A stretch of DNA of 64,000 bases from Octopus sinensis (taxonomy: Eukaryota): contig NC_043002.1 in NCBI RefSeq assembly GCF_006345805.1, forward strand, positions 20,212,001 to 20,276,000, in the 5' to 3' direction. The position numbers and the translations under genes are program-made. The notes beneath the pieces are model-generated. The model worked only from the letters and a program-made list of their open reading frames with translations. It ran no database searches and was not told where the DNA came from. The first letter of the stretch is position 1, and the number at the start of each line of letters is the position of its first letter. Positions 1-12,070 of the stretch are shown in pieces.

Positions 1-403
1 TTTATGCAACTATTGATAACACTTTATGGGCTGTTCAGGGTAACCTTAATAAAAGATTCTTCAGTAGTATATACAAAAGAGTATGCTGAGAGACCTTAGA
101 AAGCACCAATTATATTCACACTGAGTTGGGTATGTTCACATGAACACGTTTGCATAACGCAAACAAATGTGTGTAAGGAATTGAATTGGTCCAGGAAAAT
201 ACTTAATTCCGTTTCTTACACTCATTTGTTTATGGTATGTAAATGTGCTCATATTGACAAGCCCAACTCTGTATGTATGTATTTGGTGTTTTTTGAGGTC
301 TCTCAGCATACTATTTTGCCCACATTTCTGAAGAATCTTATTCAGCATGTGTTATTAAGATTGCCATAAATAGCACATGGAATGTAATCAATAGCTGCAT
401 AAA
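1..403. repeat. Long imperfect palindrome / foldback element (arms about 185-195 bp, centre about 194)
   Basis: 80-AGTATGCTGAGAGACC...GAGTTGGG mirrors CCCAACTC...GGTCTCTCAGCATACT-312; 1-TTTATGCAACTATTGAT mirrors ATCAATAGCTGCATAAA-403. Confidence 0.8.
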
Positions 404-783
404 TTATTGTATAATGTTGGAAGATAGATTGCATTGAACTAAGATAAAACAACTGTAAATTGAAGTAGTAAAATGATTTCCTTGCTCCATTCTTTATTTG
501 TCATCATGTATGTGTGTGTGTGTGTGTTTGTCCAGTGTTTGCAACTGAGGTAATTAAAATAACCATCTATGTATTAAACTTAATGTATACACACTGTTAA
601 TAAGCCAGTTATTGTAGTATTTGTCCTGAGATAACAACCCTATAATATTGTATTTTTAACACCGCAAGCCTATAAAAGACATTTTCTCAGGAGAAATACT
701 GTAGTAACTGACCTACACTACATAGATATTATATATATCAGGATGGGAAATGAGCATGAAAGGATGATTCTTTTATTCTTTCA

Positions 784-985
784 TTCTTTTACTCATTTCA
801 GTCATTTGACAGCGGCCATGCTGGAGCACCGCCTTTTAGCCGAGCAAATCGACCCCAAGACTAAGTCTTTGTAAGCCTAGTACTTATTCTATCGGTCTCT
901 TTTGCTGAACCGCTAAGTTACGGGGACGGAAACACACCAGCATCAGTTGTCAAGCGATGTTGGGGGGACAAACACAGACACACAA

Positions 986-1023
<38 letters not shown>

Positions 1024-1186
1024 GACGGGCTTCTTTCAGTTTCCGTCCACCAAATCCACTCATAAGGCTTTGGTCAGCCAGAGGCTATAGTAGAAGACAC
1101 TTGCCCAAGGTGCCACGCAGTGGGACTGAACCCAGAACCATGTGGTTGGTAAGCAAGCTACTTACCACACAGCCACTCCTGCACCT
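784..1186 (-). mobile_element. tRNA-derived SINE family A (~400 bp, central microsatellite; Octopus OR-like)
   Basis: Near-identical to copies at 1529, 10462, 12071, 39164 and 44981; head AGGTGCAGGAGTGGCTGTGTGGTAAG, tail (AAAAGAGT)n. Confidence 0.9.
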
Positions 1187-1528
1187 ATTGATGATGACAA
1201 ATACATACTATCCATGGCAAAGTCTGCATTTTCATTCAGACAAATTATGTATCCAAGTTGATCATCATTAAATTGTGAAATAGATGTGTTTTGCAAAGCT
1301 CCTGCAACATAATTGTAGATGTGATGTGAGAGAAATGTTTTTGTAAGTAACAGATAGTATGGGACAAGAGACTGAGATCTGACTGTTTGTGTCCATCTAT
1401 CTCTAACTCAATATTTCTTGCTTTAACAGGATTCTTTAAACAGTGACAACAACATCAAATTATAGATCAATTCATTGTCTTGTAAAATAAGTTACATGTG
1501 ACACATCAAGAAGGAAAATTCCTAACAG

Positions 1529-1947
1529 AGGTGCAGGAGTGGTTGTGTGGTAAGTAGCTTGCTTACCAACCACATCGTTCCAGGTTCATTCCCACTGCGT
1601 GGCACCTTGGGCAAGTGTCTTCTACTATAACCTCGGGCCGACCAAAGCCTTGTGAGTGGATTTGGTAGACAGAAACTGAAAGAAGCCCATCGTATATATG
1701 TATATATATATATATGTATGTGTGTGCGTATATATTGTGCATCTGTGTTTGTCCCCTCAACATCACTTGACAATAGATGCTGGTGTGTTTACGTCCCTGT
1801 AACTTAGCAGTTCGGCAAAAGAGACTGATAGAATAAGTACTAGGCTTACAAAGAATAAGTCCTGGGGTCGATTTGCTCGACTAATGGTGATGCCCCCACA
1901 TGGCCACAGTCAAATGACTGAAACAAGTAAAAGAGTAGTAAAAGAGT
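1529..1947 (+). mobile_element. SINE family A, full length
   Basis: Same head, body and tail as 784-1186, opposite orientation. Confidence 0.9.
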
Positions 1948-2329
1948 AACAAGGAAAATTTGTCTCTCATCAGGCTAACATTGCAGTAATTGGAGATAAG
2001 CAACACCTCTGTATATTATGGAGGTTTGAAAAAGAACAAAGAGTATTTTTCAGTTTTTATTTAATTGATCCTAAAATGAATGAAATGCAGTATTGATTTC
2101 AAGCAGAATTTGAACTCTTCTCTTCCATTCACAACAAATACATATTATATGAATATATATCAACACCAATATTTGACAGTTTATTTTATCACCTCTAGAA
2201 GAAAAGGCAGTGAGTTGGCTGAACTGTTAGCATGTTAGACAAAATAAGTAGCAGTATTTCTTCTGGCTCTTTATATTCTGAGTTCAACTCCCACAGGAGT
2301 CAACTTTGCTTTTCACCCCTTGTTGTTGT

Positions 2330-2630
2330 TGTTTGTTCCTTCTTGAGCCATGCCTGGCTTATAAGGGCCAGTTTCCTGCTTTCATTGGTGTATAGGTTCC
2401 CCACTTAGATGGGACACCGGTCCATTGCAGGTAAGCTGCTAGATGCTGGAGGAAAGAGTGAGAGAAAGTTGTGGTGAAAGAGTCAGCAGAGGGTTGCCAT
2501 TACCTTCTATCAGAGCCATGTGGAGCATAGGTGTTTCGTTCATAAACACACACATCACCCAGTATGAGATTCGAACCTGTGATCTCTTGACTGTGAGTCT
2601 GCTGCTCTAACCACGTGGCCATGTACCTCC
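2330..2630 (-). mobile_element. tRNA-headed SINE (family E; possibly V/Meta-SINE-like core)
   Basis: Minus-strand head with TGGTTAGAGC A-box-like and GGTTCGAATC B-box; body contains GATGGGACACCGGTCCATTGCAGG. Confidence 0.6.
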
Positions 2631-2838
2631 TTTCATTCCTTTGAGGTCAATAAAATAAAGTACCAGTCAAATACTGTGATTGGTGTAATCAACTTGTTTT
2701 CTCCCATCATAAATTGCTGGCCTTGAATCCTGCAACGGATCAACATGTTGTTCAGTGGGAGTCTTATGATCTCATCCACACTCTTATACACCATGGAAAC
2801 CAGGTAACAACCTTGTGAGTCCTAGGATACAAGAAAAG

Positions 2839-2873
<35 letters not shown>

Positions 2874-3653
2874 AAAGGTAGGGGTGCAAAATTGATCTTG
2901 GCAGGATTTAAACTCAGAACATAAAAGGTTGTAACTAAAGGTATTTTGTCAAGAGCTCTAATAATTTTAGCAATCCAATACCAAACAGAATGGAAAGGTA
3001 CTAATTGTGGTGCACCTGAGCACTGTATACAATAATTTCATTATTATTTATTATTTAATTACATATTGTAACAGATTCAATGTCCAGCATTCTTCCATTT
3101 CCACTGCTACCAGGTCAATATAATTATTATGTCTGGTCATTTGAACACCAGATACATATTGTCAATAGCTTTTATTGCAAATATTAAACACTCCAGGCTT
3201 TTTTCTTTTGTCTTAGTCATTCATATCTATTCACTGTGTAGCCATAAGTCCGTACAAACATCCATTAACACATTAGCTTATACAAACACCAACATATTTA
3301 TTGACAGATGTCAAAAACAATCAAAACAAATTATCTGTGACCATTAGTAACCAAGTAAAACAGATCAAACAGAGGAGCCTGTTACATCGTAATACAACCT
3401 TTTATAAAAAGCAGTCAATCTTGCTCAGGTTTCTCCACCTTAGCTGTCTCAAAAAAAGGGACACATTGGATTACTTTAGTCTAGGTGTGAGTATTTGAAT
3501 AAAGGATGATGTGGTCATGGCTAGAATTGCCATTGATTTAGGTTTTCTTCATCAGGGCTAAACTAAACAACAATGACAACAAAACCAATGATGAATGACA
3601 ACAGTAACAAATAAATATAATGCGTAATACGTTTATAGGTAAACAGTAGCTGT

Positions 3654-4066
3654 TGGCAAGCTGGCTGAAATCTTAGCATGCCGGGCGAAATGCTTAGCGG
3701 TATTTCGTCTGCCACTACATTCTGAGTTCAAATTCCAACGAGGTCAACTTTGCCTTTCATCCTTTCGGGGTCGATAAATTAAGTATCAGTTACACACTGG
3801 GGTCGATATAATCGACTTAATCCCTTTGTCTGTCCTTGTTTGTCCTCTCAGTGTTTAGCCCCTTGTGGGTAGTAAAGAAATAGGTATTTCGTTGCGGTTA
3901 TGTTCTGTGTTCAAATTCCACTGAGGTCGACTTTGCCTTTCATCCTTTCGGAGTCAATAAATTAAGTACCAGTTACGCACTGGGGTCGATGTAATCGACT
4001 TAATCCCTTTGTCTGTCCTTGTTTGTCCCCTCTATGTTTAGCCCTTTGTGGGCAATAAAGAAATAA
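3654..4066 (+). mobile_element. SINE family B (OK-like), full copy plus tandem 5'-truncated second copy
   Basis: GAGTTCAAATTCC B-box, GACTTTGCCTTTCATCCTTTCGGGGTCGAT body present twice. Confidence 0.85.
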
Positions 4067-4730
4067 GCAGCTGTTGGACCCATCATATATTGCTGCCCAC
4101 TAACTCAGTGTCTAACTGGTATTCATTCTTACAAATCAGTGCACAAAATTAACCATCATGACAAGAACTGACTTCAGCAGTCATATGTGTACACACACAC
4201 ACACATACACTCACACACACACATGCATGCATACATGCACACACACATGTACAGACCATATGCGTGCACACACATACATAAATACATGCACTGTTTTAAT
4301 ATTTTTATGGATTTTTTTTTTTAATGGTTTAGCCAAACAAGGAAGGATAGCACCCATGGCACTTCTCAGGGTTCCTAAGACTGGCAAGAGGAATGGAGGA
4401 AGTTTACTTCAGATTGGTGTTCTGGCCAGAAATGTGGCCTACACTGTTGGTTGGGTTGCTTGGTCAATATTGACCTGCTTCCTTATGTTCATAATTCAAA
4501 TCCTGCTGTGGTCTACTTGGATGGGAGATTTAATCTGGTACCTGGTTTAACACTACCACCTGGCCTTTGGATACTAATAACAGAAGCCTGGCCAGGTCTC
4601 TGGTTTGAGGCTGCCTTAATCCCTTCTTCCCACCAGTCTCAGGAGCCCTGAAATGGGTCATAGACAACTAAGTGAATCCATTAAAGGTACTGGAAGAAGG
4701 CAACGCAACCGCTACACCATATGCCCGTGT

Positions 4731-4812
4731 GCATATGGTGTAGTGGTTAAGAGTGCGGGCTACTAACCCCAAGATTCCGAGTTCGATTCCAAGCAGTGAC
4801 CTGAACAATAAC

Positions 4813-4843
<31 letters not shown>

Positions 4844-5021
4844 TAAAAAAATACTTAGGAATGAGAACCCAGGTTCGATATTTCACCAAGACACCCGAAG
4901 AAGGCTGGAGGGTATATCAGCCAAAATGTGTTAACAGCAAACAAGATGAGAACAAATATTCGTTGAATGTAAATAATGTAAATAATGTACATAATTCTTC
5001 ATCTCTTAAATATAGAACTGT
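4731..5021 (+). mobile_element. tRNA-headed SINE (family F) with (AAT)n spacer and a Penelope-like hammerhead-type tail
   Basis: TAGTGGTTAAG A-box, GAGTTCGATTCC B-box; 4890-4932 GACAC-CCGAAGA-AGGCTG...CAGCC-AAAAT-GTGTT. Confidence 0.7.
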
Positions 5022-5089
5022 AACATTACATGTCTCTACTCAGGAAATAATGACGAATATCAAGGTGGAGTAATAACAAGTGACCAAGA

Positions 5090-5353
5090 CCATTGGCAAT
5101 ATACCATGCTTGAAAAGACTTGTCAAGCCAAGTGAAGCTGTAATGGCTGATGCTGGTGTTATGCCGGTGGCACGTAAACAGCAGCCATTACACTCTTGGA
5201 GTGGTTGGTGTTAGGAAGGGCATCCAGCTATAGAAACCATGCCAAATCAGACTGGAACCTGGTGCAGCTCCTCAGCTTACTAGTCTCAGTCAAATCATCT
5301 AACCCATGCCAGCATGGAAAGCAAATGCTAAATGATGATGATAATGATGATGA
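5090..5353 (+). mobile_element. SINE family C (RTE-type 3' end with (GAT)n tail)
   Basis: GGAAGGGCATCCAGC...CCCATGCCAGCATGGAAAG...ATGATGATG, shared with more than 15 copies in the window. Confidence 0.8.
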
Positions 5354-5790
5354 GTGACACTAATGACAAACAAAGAAGAAATTAAAAGTCTCATGAAATG
5401 GACACCAGTAACAAGTAGGGTGATCAGTGCTAGATTCTATTCATGTGCAAAGAAAATTACAGCTATCCAGACCTACACACCAACTAACAAAGCTGTAGAT
5501 GACATCAAAGACGACTTCTATCACCAGTTGCAGACGTCAATTGACAAGAGCAACAGGCACGACATTGTTATTGTAATGGGGGACCTCAATGCAAAAGTAG
5601 GTGATGACAGCAAAAATAGAGGGATGATCATGGATAGACACAATTTTGAAACAATCAATGATAATAGTGACAGACTGTGCAACCATTGAGCTAGTAATAA
5701 TGGGCACGTGTTTCTCACACAGGGAAGTATACAAAGTGGCACATGTGTCTCCTGGTGGCAGAATCAGAAACTAAATCACCCACATACATA
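5354..5790 (+). mobile_element. RTE-clade LINE apurinic-endonuclease fragment (decayed)
   Basis: ORF track WTPVTSRVISARF...IQTYTPT...KDDFYHQLQ...IVMGDLNAKVG, then stops. Confidence 0.9.
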
Positions 5791-6759
5791 TTAAGTCTAC
5801 CACATGAAAACAAGAACAGTCTCTCTGACAAGCTCCTATTCAGTTTCCAATTAGCAAATTCAACTCACAAAGCTTTGAATAACCAAAGGTTATGGCAGAA
5901 AGACACTTACTCAAAATGTTGAGTAGTGGAATCAGACTCAAAACCAAATATTTACAAAGAAAACTTCTAAATCATGGAGTCATGCATGAACTTTTGATTT
6001 ATCTGCTGGATTTGTGTCTGTTCTGCCTCTAACATAACAATGAAATTTGTGCTAAATATTCTGTTGTGCATAATCCATGGGTTGTTGTGTAGCCTCAGTT
6101 CAACCATCATTAAACTGATTTATCATCAAAGGTGTTCAATCTATAACTATTTTGTATTTTTTGGGGGGGTACAAAGTATCCTGGATTACAATATTCTGAC
6201 GGTATATGCCTTCTTCCCATTTTAAGACCGTTAAGCTCTGAAGGAGATTTGGCTGCTATTTCTAGGATATTGAACAGTCATGTACAGACCCCCTACTGGG
6301 TTTCATGATGAGTCTGTCGGATACACAACCTTTGCAGCTATCAGATCTGACCTAACAGAGATTTGTATAGGATCTACGAATGTCTAACATGACATCAAGA
6401 CTCAAAACAAATCTGTGCCACAAATACAAATATTGGACTTTTGTTGGATTTGCTTTGACTATAATGTCTCAATTTAGTTTGGATCTTATCTCTAATATAG
6501 CCTTTATGTTTGTCTGGGATCAGACTGTGATGTACACGAACTGTAGTCTTAGAACATGTCTACTCGACACACAACAACTGAATCTGTCAGGTCTCTATTT
6601 ATGGGGGTTTGTTTCTGACATAACTTGTACAAGTATAAGATTCTGTTAGAGATCATTTGAGGTCTATGTGGTTTGTACAAGACTTGTTTCACACATATTA
6701 CATGTGGAGTTATTAGAATTTGATATAGACTATGTGGGTTTGTAAAAAATACGCTTATA

Positions 6760-7178
6760 TGAATTCTGACCGTGAAGGGAACCTGTGGAAGAGGTAGACC
6801 CAGGAAGACGTGGGACAAAATGGTGAAGTATCATCTTTGGATGTTGAGTCTCACAGAGGCAATGACAAGTGACCAAGACCTTTGACAATTTGCAGTGCTT
6901 GAGAAAACATGTCAAACTAAGTGAAATTGTAGTGATGGCCAGCACCGGTGACATGTAAAAGGTACTTGTGTTGGTGAAATGTTAGAGGCATTTATGCCAG
7001 TGGCACTTAAAAGCACTCAGTACACTCTGTGGAGTGGTTGGCACTAGGAAGGGCATTCAGCTGTAGAAACCAAAATAGACCGGAGCCTGGTGTAGCTCTC
7101 TGGCTTACCAGCTCTACTTAAACCGTCTTACCCATGCTAACATCGAAAAGGGATGCTAAATGATGATGATGATGATGA
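6760..7178 (+). mobile_element. RTE 3' end plus family C tail
   Basis: GRGRPRKTW-type sequence (GGAAGAGGTAGACCCAGGAAGACGTGG) followed by the family C body and (GAT)n. Confidence 0.75.
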
Positions 7179-7480
7179 AAATATGTATAAATAAACAGAA
7201 AAGCAGAATATAGAATTAAAACAAGATACATAACAAAATTTCTTTAGTTCTGCCCTGCTTTTTCCTTCTACATTTTCTTCTATATTAAGCAATTATAGAT
7301 TTGTAATGTGATCAAATACAGCATTAAATCTCCAATGGGAATCAACCACAAAAACCTTTTACTTAGCAGGTGAACATTCTAGCTATTACACAAAGCCTGA
7401 GCTTCTGGCAATTACACAAAACTTCAATTGTTTCACCAGAATTCATTACCAATTTAACTAAGCTTTGAATACAGTAATAT

Positions 7481-7860
7481 CATCATCATCATCATCATCA
7501 TCGTTTAACGTCCGCTTTCCGCGCTAGCACGGGTTGGACGGTTTGACCGGGTCTGGGAAGCCAGGGTCCGCACCAGGCTCCAGTCTGAATCTGGCAGAGT
7601 TTCTACGGCTGGATGCCCTTCCTAACGCCAACCACTCCGTGAGTGGATTGGGTGCTTTTACGTGCCACCTGCACAGGGGCCGGAGGGTCCGGCATCGTCA
7701 CGATCGGTTCGAGCATTTTAACGTGTCAGCGGCACATGGGCAACGAGGTCCGGGGTACTTTGGGGATCCAGGGTACTTTGGGGATCCGGGGTACTTAGAA
7801 TGAGTAGGGGGTATGTGGAATTGCTGCAGAAAGCAGCCCGGGTCTTTGTAGTCACAGCAT
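7481..7860 (-). mobile_element. SINE family C, extended copy with 18-bp tandem repeats at 7750-7797
   Basis: (CAT)n-CGTTTAACGTCCGCTTTCC tail; GGGTACTTTGGGGATCC repeated about 2.5 times. Confidence 0.75.
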
Positions 7861-8226
7861 TTATCATCACTGAGTAACGTAATTAGGTAGAGAAAAGAAA
7901 TACAGATATTCTAGAGTTGAGTTGGGGAGGGGGAGGTCCAGTTGAGGCGGGTAATATAGGAGGGCAACCAGTGGGGAAGGTTGGGGTAAGGAGGAACGAT
8001 GGCAGGAAGGGTTGGTGTAGGTTCCTAAGAAATAAAGACATTCGTTATCGTCACTGAGTAACGTTATTAGGTAGAGGAAAGAATACAGATATTCGAGAGT
8101 TGAGTTGGGGAGAGGGGGGGGGGGTCCAGTTGAGGCGGGTAATATAGGGGAGCAACCAGTGGGGAAGGTTGGGGTAAGGAGGAACGATGGCAGGAAGGGT
8201 TGGTGTAGGTTCCTAAGAAATAAAAA
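7861..8226. repeat. Direct tandem duplication of a 184-bp G-rich unit
   Basis: TTATCRTCACTGAGTAACG starts at 7861 and 8045; both units end GTTCCTAAGAAATAAA. Confidence 0.9.
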
Positions 8227-8551
8227 CGTATCTATCCAATTATTACATAACACAAGATATTACATCTTGATTTGATGCGTAACCAAGAATTAACTTCAAT
8301 AATATGAATAAATAATGAAGTAACAACTGTTTATACAAAAAACAAAACAAAACACTTAGCTGTTCATTTATAATGTATGATTTCTATCTTATGGATAAAT
8401 TTATGCATAAATTACACAGGAGTGGTTAAGACAATATCAAGTATTATTTGACTGGTATGTATTTTATCAACTCCAGGAGACAAAGACACCCTGAGACGAA
8501 TTAGAACTCAAACATAGAGATGTAATTATATATATATATATATAACCATCC

Positions 8552-9210
8552 TCCTCATCATCATCATTTAGCGTCTGCTTTCCATGCTGGCATGGGTTAG
8601 ACAGTATGACAAAATGGTAAGCTGAAGGGCTGAACCAGGTTCCAATCTGATTTGGCATGGTTTCTACAGCTGGATGCCCTTCCTAGCATCAACCACTCTA
8701 ACAGTATAATGAGTGCTAGTTATGTGCCACCAGCATGGCTACCAGTTATGTGACACCAGCATTAATCATGATAATAGTTTCACTTGGCTTCATGAGTCTT
8801 CTCAAGCAGGGCATATTGCGAAAGGTCTCAGTCACTTGTCATTGCTTCCGTGAGGCCCAATGTTCAAAGATCATGCTTCACCACCTTGTTCCATGTCGTC
8901 CTGGGTCTACTCCTTCCACAGGTTCTCTCCACAGTTAGAGATTGGAACTTCTTTACACAGCTGTCCTTGTCCATACACATCACATGACTATACCAATGCA
9001 GTCATCTCTTACATACTGCATCTGATGCATCTGATGCCCAGCTTTTCTCTCAAGAAGCTTACACTTTGTTGTACGTGCATAATGACATTGCACATCCAGC
9101 GAAGCATACCAGCTTCATTTCTTTCAAGCCTACGCATGTCTTTGGCAGTCACAGCCCATGTTTCACTGGTATGCTACATGGCTGTTCACACACAAGCATA
9201 AAATTAAATA
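8552..9210 (-). mobile_element. RTE LINE 3' fragment with family C tail
   Basis: (CAT)n tail; the inner part is the reverse complement of 6760-6900-type sequence. Confidence 0.7.
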
Positions 9211-9395
9211 AAGCACCATGGTCTCACCATGCATATATGTGTGTGTGTGTGCACGCACGCACATATGTATGCATGTGTGTGTGTTACAAGCGATGAGGGA
9301 CTTAGTAATGATAACATGTCTTTTTTAAAACAGACACATGGCCACAGATTTGTGTGGGAATTCAGCTTCATTATTTGATATTATTTTAATGAAAA

Positions 9396-9610
9396 GCGGC
9401 AAGCTGGCAGAAATGTTAGCACACTGGGCGAAATGTCTAGTGGTATTCTGTCTGTCTTGACATTCTGAGTTCAAATTCTGCCGAGGTCGACTTTGCCTTT
9501 CATCCTTTCAGGGGTCAATAAATTAAGTACCAGTTGCGTACTGAGTTCGCTCTAATCGACTAGCCCCTCCTCAAATTTTTCAGGCCTTGTGCCGAGAGTA
9601 GAAAAGGATA
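9396..9610 (+). mobile_element. SINE family B
   Basis: GCGGCAAGCTGGCAGAA head, GAGTTCAAATTC B-box, GACTTTGCCTTTCATCC body. Confidence 0.8.
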
Positions 9611-10461
9611 TTATTTTAACGACTCACAGAAAATTCATCCCTTTTCATAGAAGTTTAAGAACCATATAGGGATTTCTATGACTCAGTATGATCTAATTCA
9701 TACAAGGATGGCTGTGAGGAACAGGTGGCGGGTGTGGTTAAGAATTTTGCTTCCCAATCATATTGTGTCAGGTTCAGTTTCACTGCATGGTACCTTGGGC
9801 TGATGTCTTCTACAGCCTCAGACCAACGAAAGCTTTGTGAGTAAAATTACTAGATGGAAACTGAAAGGAGCTGGTCATGTGTGTGTGCGTGTGTGTATGT
9901 ATGTGTGAATGTATGTGTCCCAGTCTTGACATAGCATGATTGTTGTAAATGAATGTTGTCCTACAAGCAGTATCACTTGTTTACAATATTCTGTTGAAAA
10001 CATGTCTGACCATGAGGTAATATTACTTTGCTTGGAAACAGGTGAGGATTGGTGACAAGAAGGGCATCTGGCCATGTAAAGTCTGCCTCAATAAACTCCA
10101 TCCAACTCATACCAGCATAGAAAAGTTGACATTACAATGATGATGATGACACCATGCAAAGTGATTGATGATAGGAAGGGCATCCATCCATACACAAAAA
10201 AAAAAAATGCTTAAGAGAACAAATACAACAGCAAAGTTGTCCAGTTTTCTCTGTTACTGTGTGAGAGAGAACAATGAACTGCATAAGTGACAGAATATTG
10301 TAACACCTGTCCAACCCATGTCAGCATGGAAAGAATTAAAAAAAGAGAAAAACCAGCAGAAAAATGATAATGGTATCACATGAATATAAATTGATTGAAT
10401 CAGCACAAATGAGGGAGAGAGAGAGAGAGAGCAGTGCAATTAATATTTGCAAATATATTAT

Positions 10462-10868
10462 AGGTGTAGGAGTGGCTCTGTGGTAAGTAGCTTGCTTACC
10501 AACCACATAGTTCCGGGTTCCGTCCCACTGCGTGGCACCTTGGGCAAGTGTCTTCTGCTATAGTCTCAGGCCAACCAAAGCCTTGTGAGTGGATTTGGCA
10601 GACGAAAACTGAAAGAAGCCCGTCTTATATATGTATATATATATATATACATATCTGTATGTGTTTGTGTGTCTGTCCCCGCAACATCGCTTGACAACCA
10701 ATGCTGGTGTGTTTACGTCCCCCGTAACTTAGCAGTTCAGCAAAAGAGACCAATAGAATAAGTACTAGGCTTACAAAGAATAAGTCCTGCAGTCGATTTG
10801 CTCGACTAAAGGTGGTGCTCCAGCATGGCCACAGTCAAATGACTGAAACAAGTAAAAGAGTAAAATAG
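10462..10868 (+). mobile_element. SINE family A, full length
   Basis: Matches 1529-1947. Confidence 0.9.
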
Positions 10869-12070
10869 TGCATGTATAGTTTTCAGTGCATTGGTACCAA
10901 ACCATTCAAGGTTGACTTACATTTCTATTTCTCCATGAGAAGTAAAACAATTATCGAATTCATTATATCATTCTTTACTAGTTCGGATAGGATGACTTTT
11001 ATGCTAGTGATTTATTTATCTGACAGCTGGATACTCTTGTCATCACTAATCAGTCAACTGGAACTTGTTTAACTGGACGCATATTGATCTCGCCAATCAG
11101 TGGGTGGGTTGCAAAGGCCAGAAGCACTGCCACTCCTCTCTAACTTATATAAAAAAAAAAATGATTAGGTGAGAAAAACAGAATTACAAACAGTGCTTAA
11201 TTATTCAACACAGAGATTGCAACAGCAAGGTTTGAACTCATTAGCTCAGCATCTTAATCACTAGTCTGATTGATTTAATTTTCAATCATCCATATGTTTA
11301 CATCTACTTTCCATGTTGGCATGGGTTGGATGAGTTGTCATATTCTGCACCAGATCTTATTTGAAGTTACTATCCTCCTAGATGAGTGAGAGGGAGGACC
11401 AAGTCTATCTCATACAACTCAAGTTTTAGCTTGGATTCTGTCATTGAAAACTCATGATGCCAGCCACTTCACAGGATGTGCTGGGTGTATTTGTATCAAA
11501 GCACCAATGCTAGGTGAGCTTGTTTTGTATCCTCTAAGAGTAGAAGCTCCTTATTACTCAGTGATGAATTTGTTCACACAAGCTAATGCTTAAGAAGGCA
11601 AGAAGATGGTGTTATTGTAGAAGAGGGTTAGGGGTGAACATTGCCAGTGTGTGATAGTAGAAACAAAGTGATTGTGGAGACAGTAGTTGAGAGAGATGGA
11701 CAATGGTAGGAGTGAGTGAGTGAGGGATGAGTGATGTAAACATGAATGATAGCAAGATGAATGATAAAGAGTTAAGAAGATATCAAAGATGAGTGTAAAC
11801 CACAGATATAAATTTGAAAGAGACATATTGAGCAAAATACCCAAATATTCACATTTATATAAATATATTGGTTTCAAATTTTGGCACAAAGCCAGCAATT
11901 TCAGGGCAAGGATTAAGTTGATTATATTGACCTCATTATCCAACTGGTACTTATTTTATCAACCCTGTAAGGATGAACAGCAAAGTTGACCTTTGTAGAA
12001 TTTGAACTCAGAACGTGAAGATGGATGAAATGATGCTAACGATTCTGCCAGCCCACTGCTTTAATATACA

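Noticed and set aside
4330-4700. GC-richer segment with ORFs 4158-4550 and 4451-4651
   Set aside because: No recognisable protein in any frame; probably an old repeat fragment I cannot classify.
4731-4800. tRNA-like sequences (also heads at 1529, 2560-2630, 3654, 56130-56194)
   Set aside because: A/B boxes are present but there is no complete cloverleaf or acceptor stem, and each runs into a SINE body.
7861-8226. CRISPR-like or other repeat-spacer arrays (also 18241-18563, 47277-47460)
   Set aside because: No constant repeat with unique equal-length spacers, no cas genes, and the context is eukaryotic.
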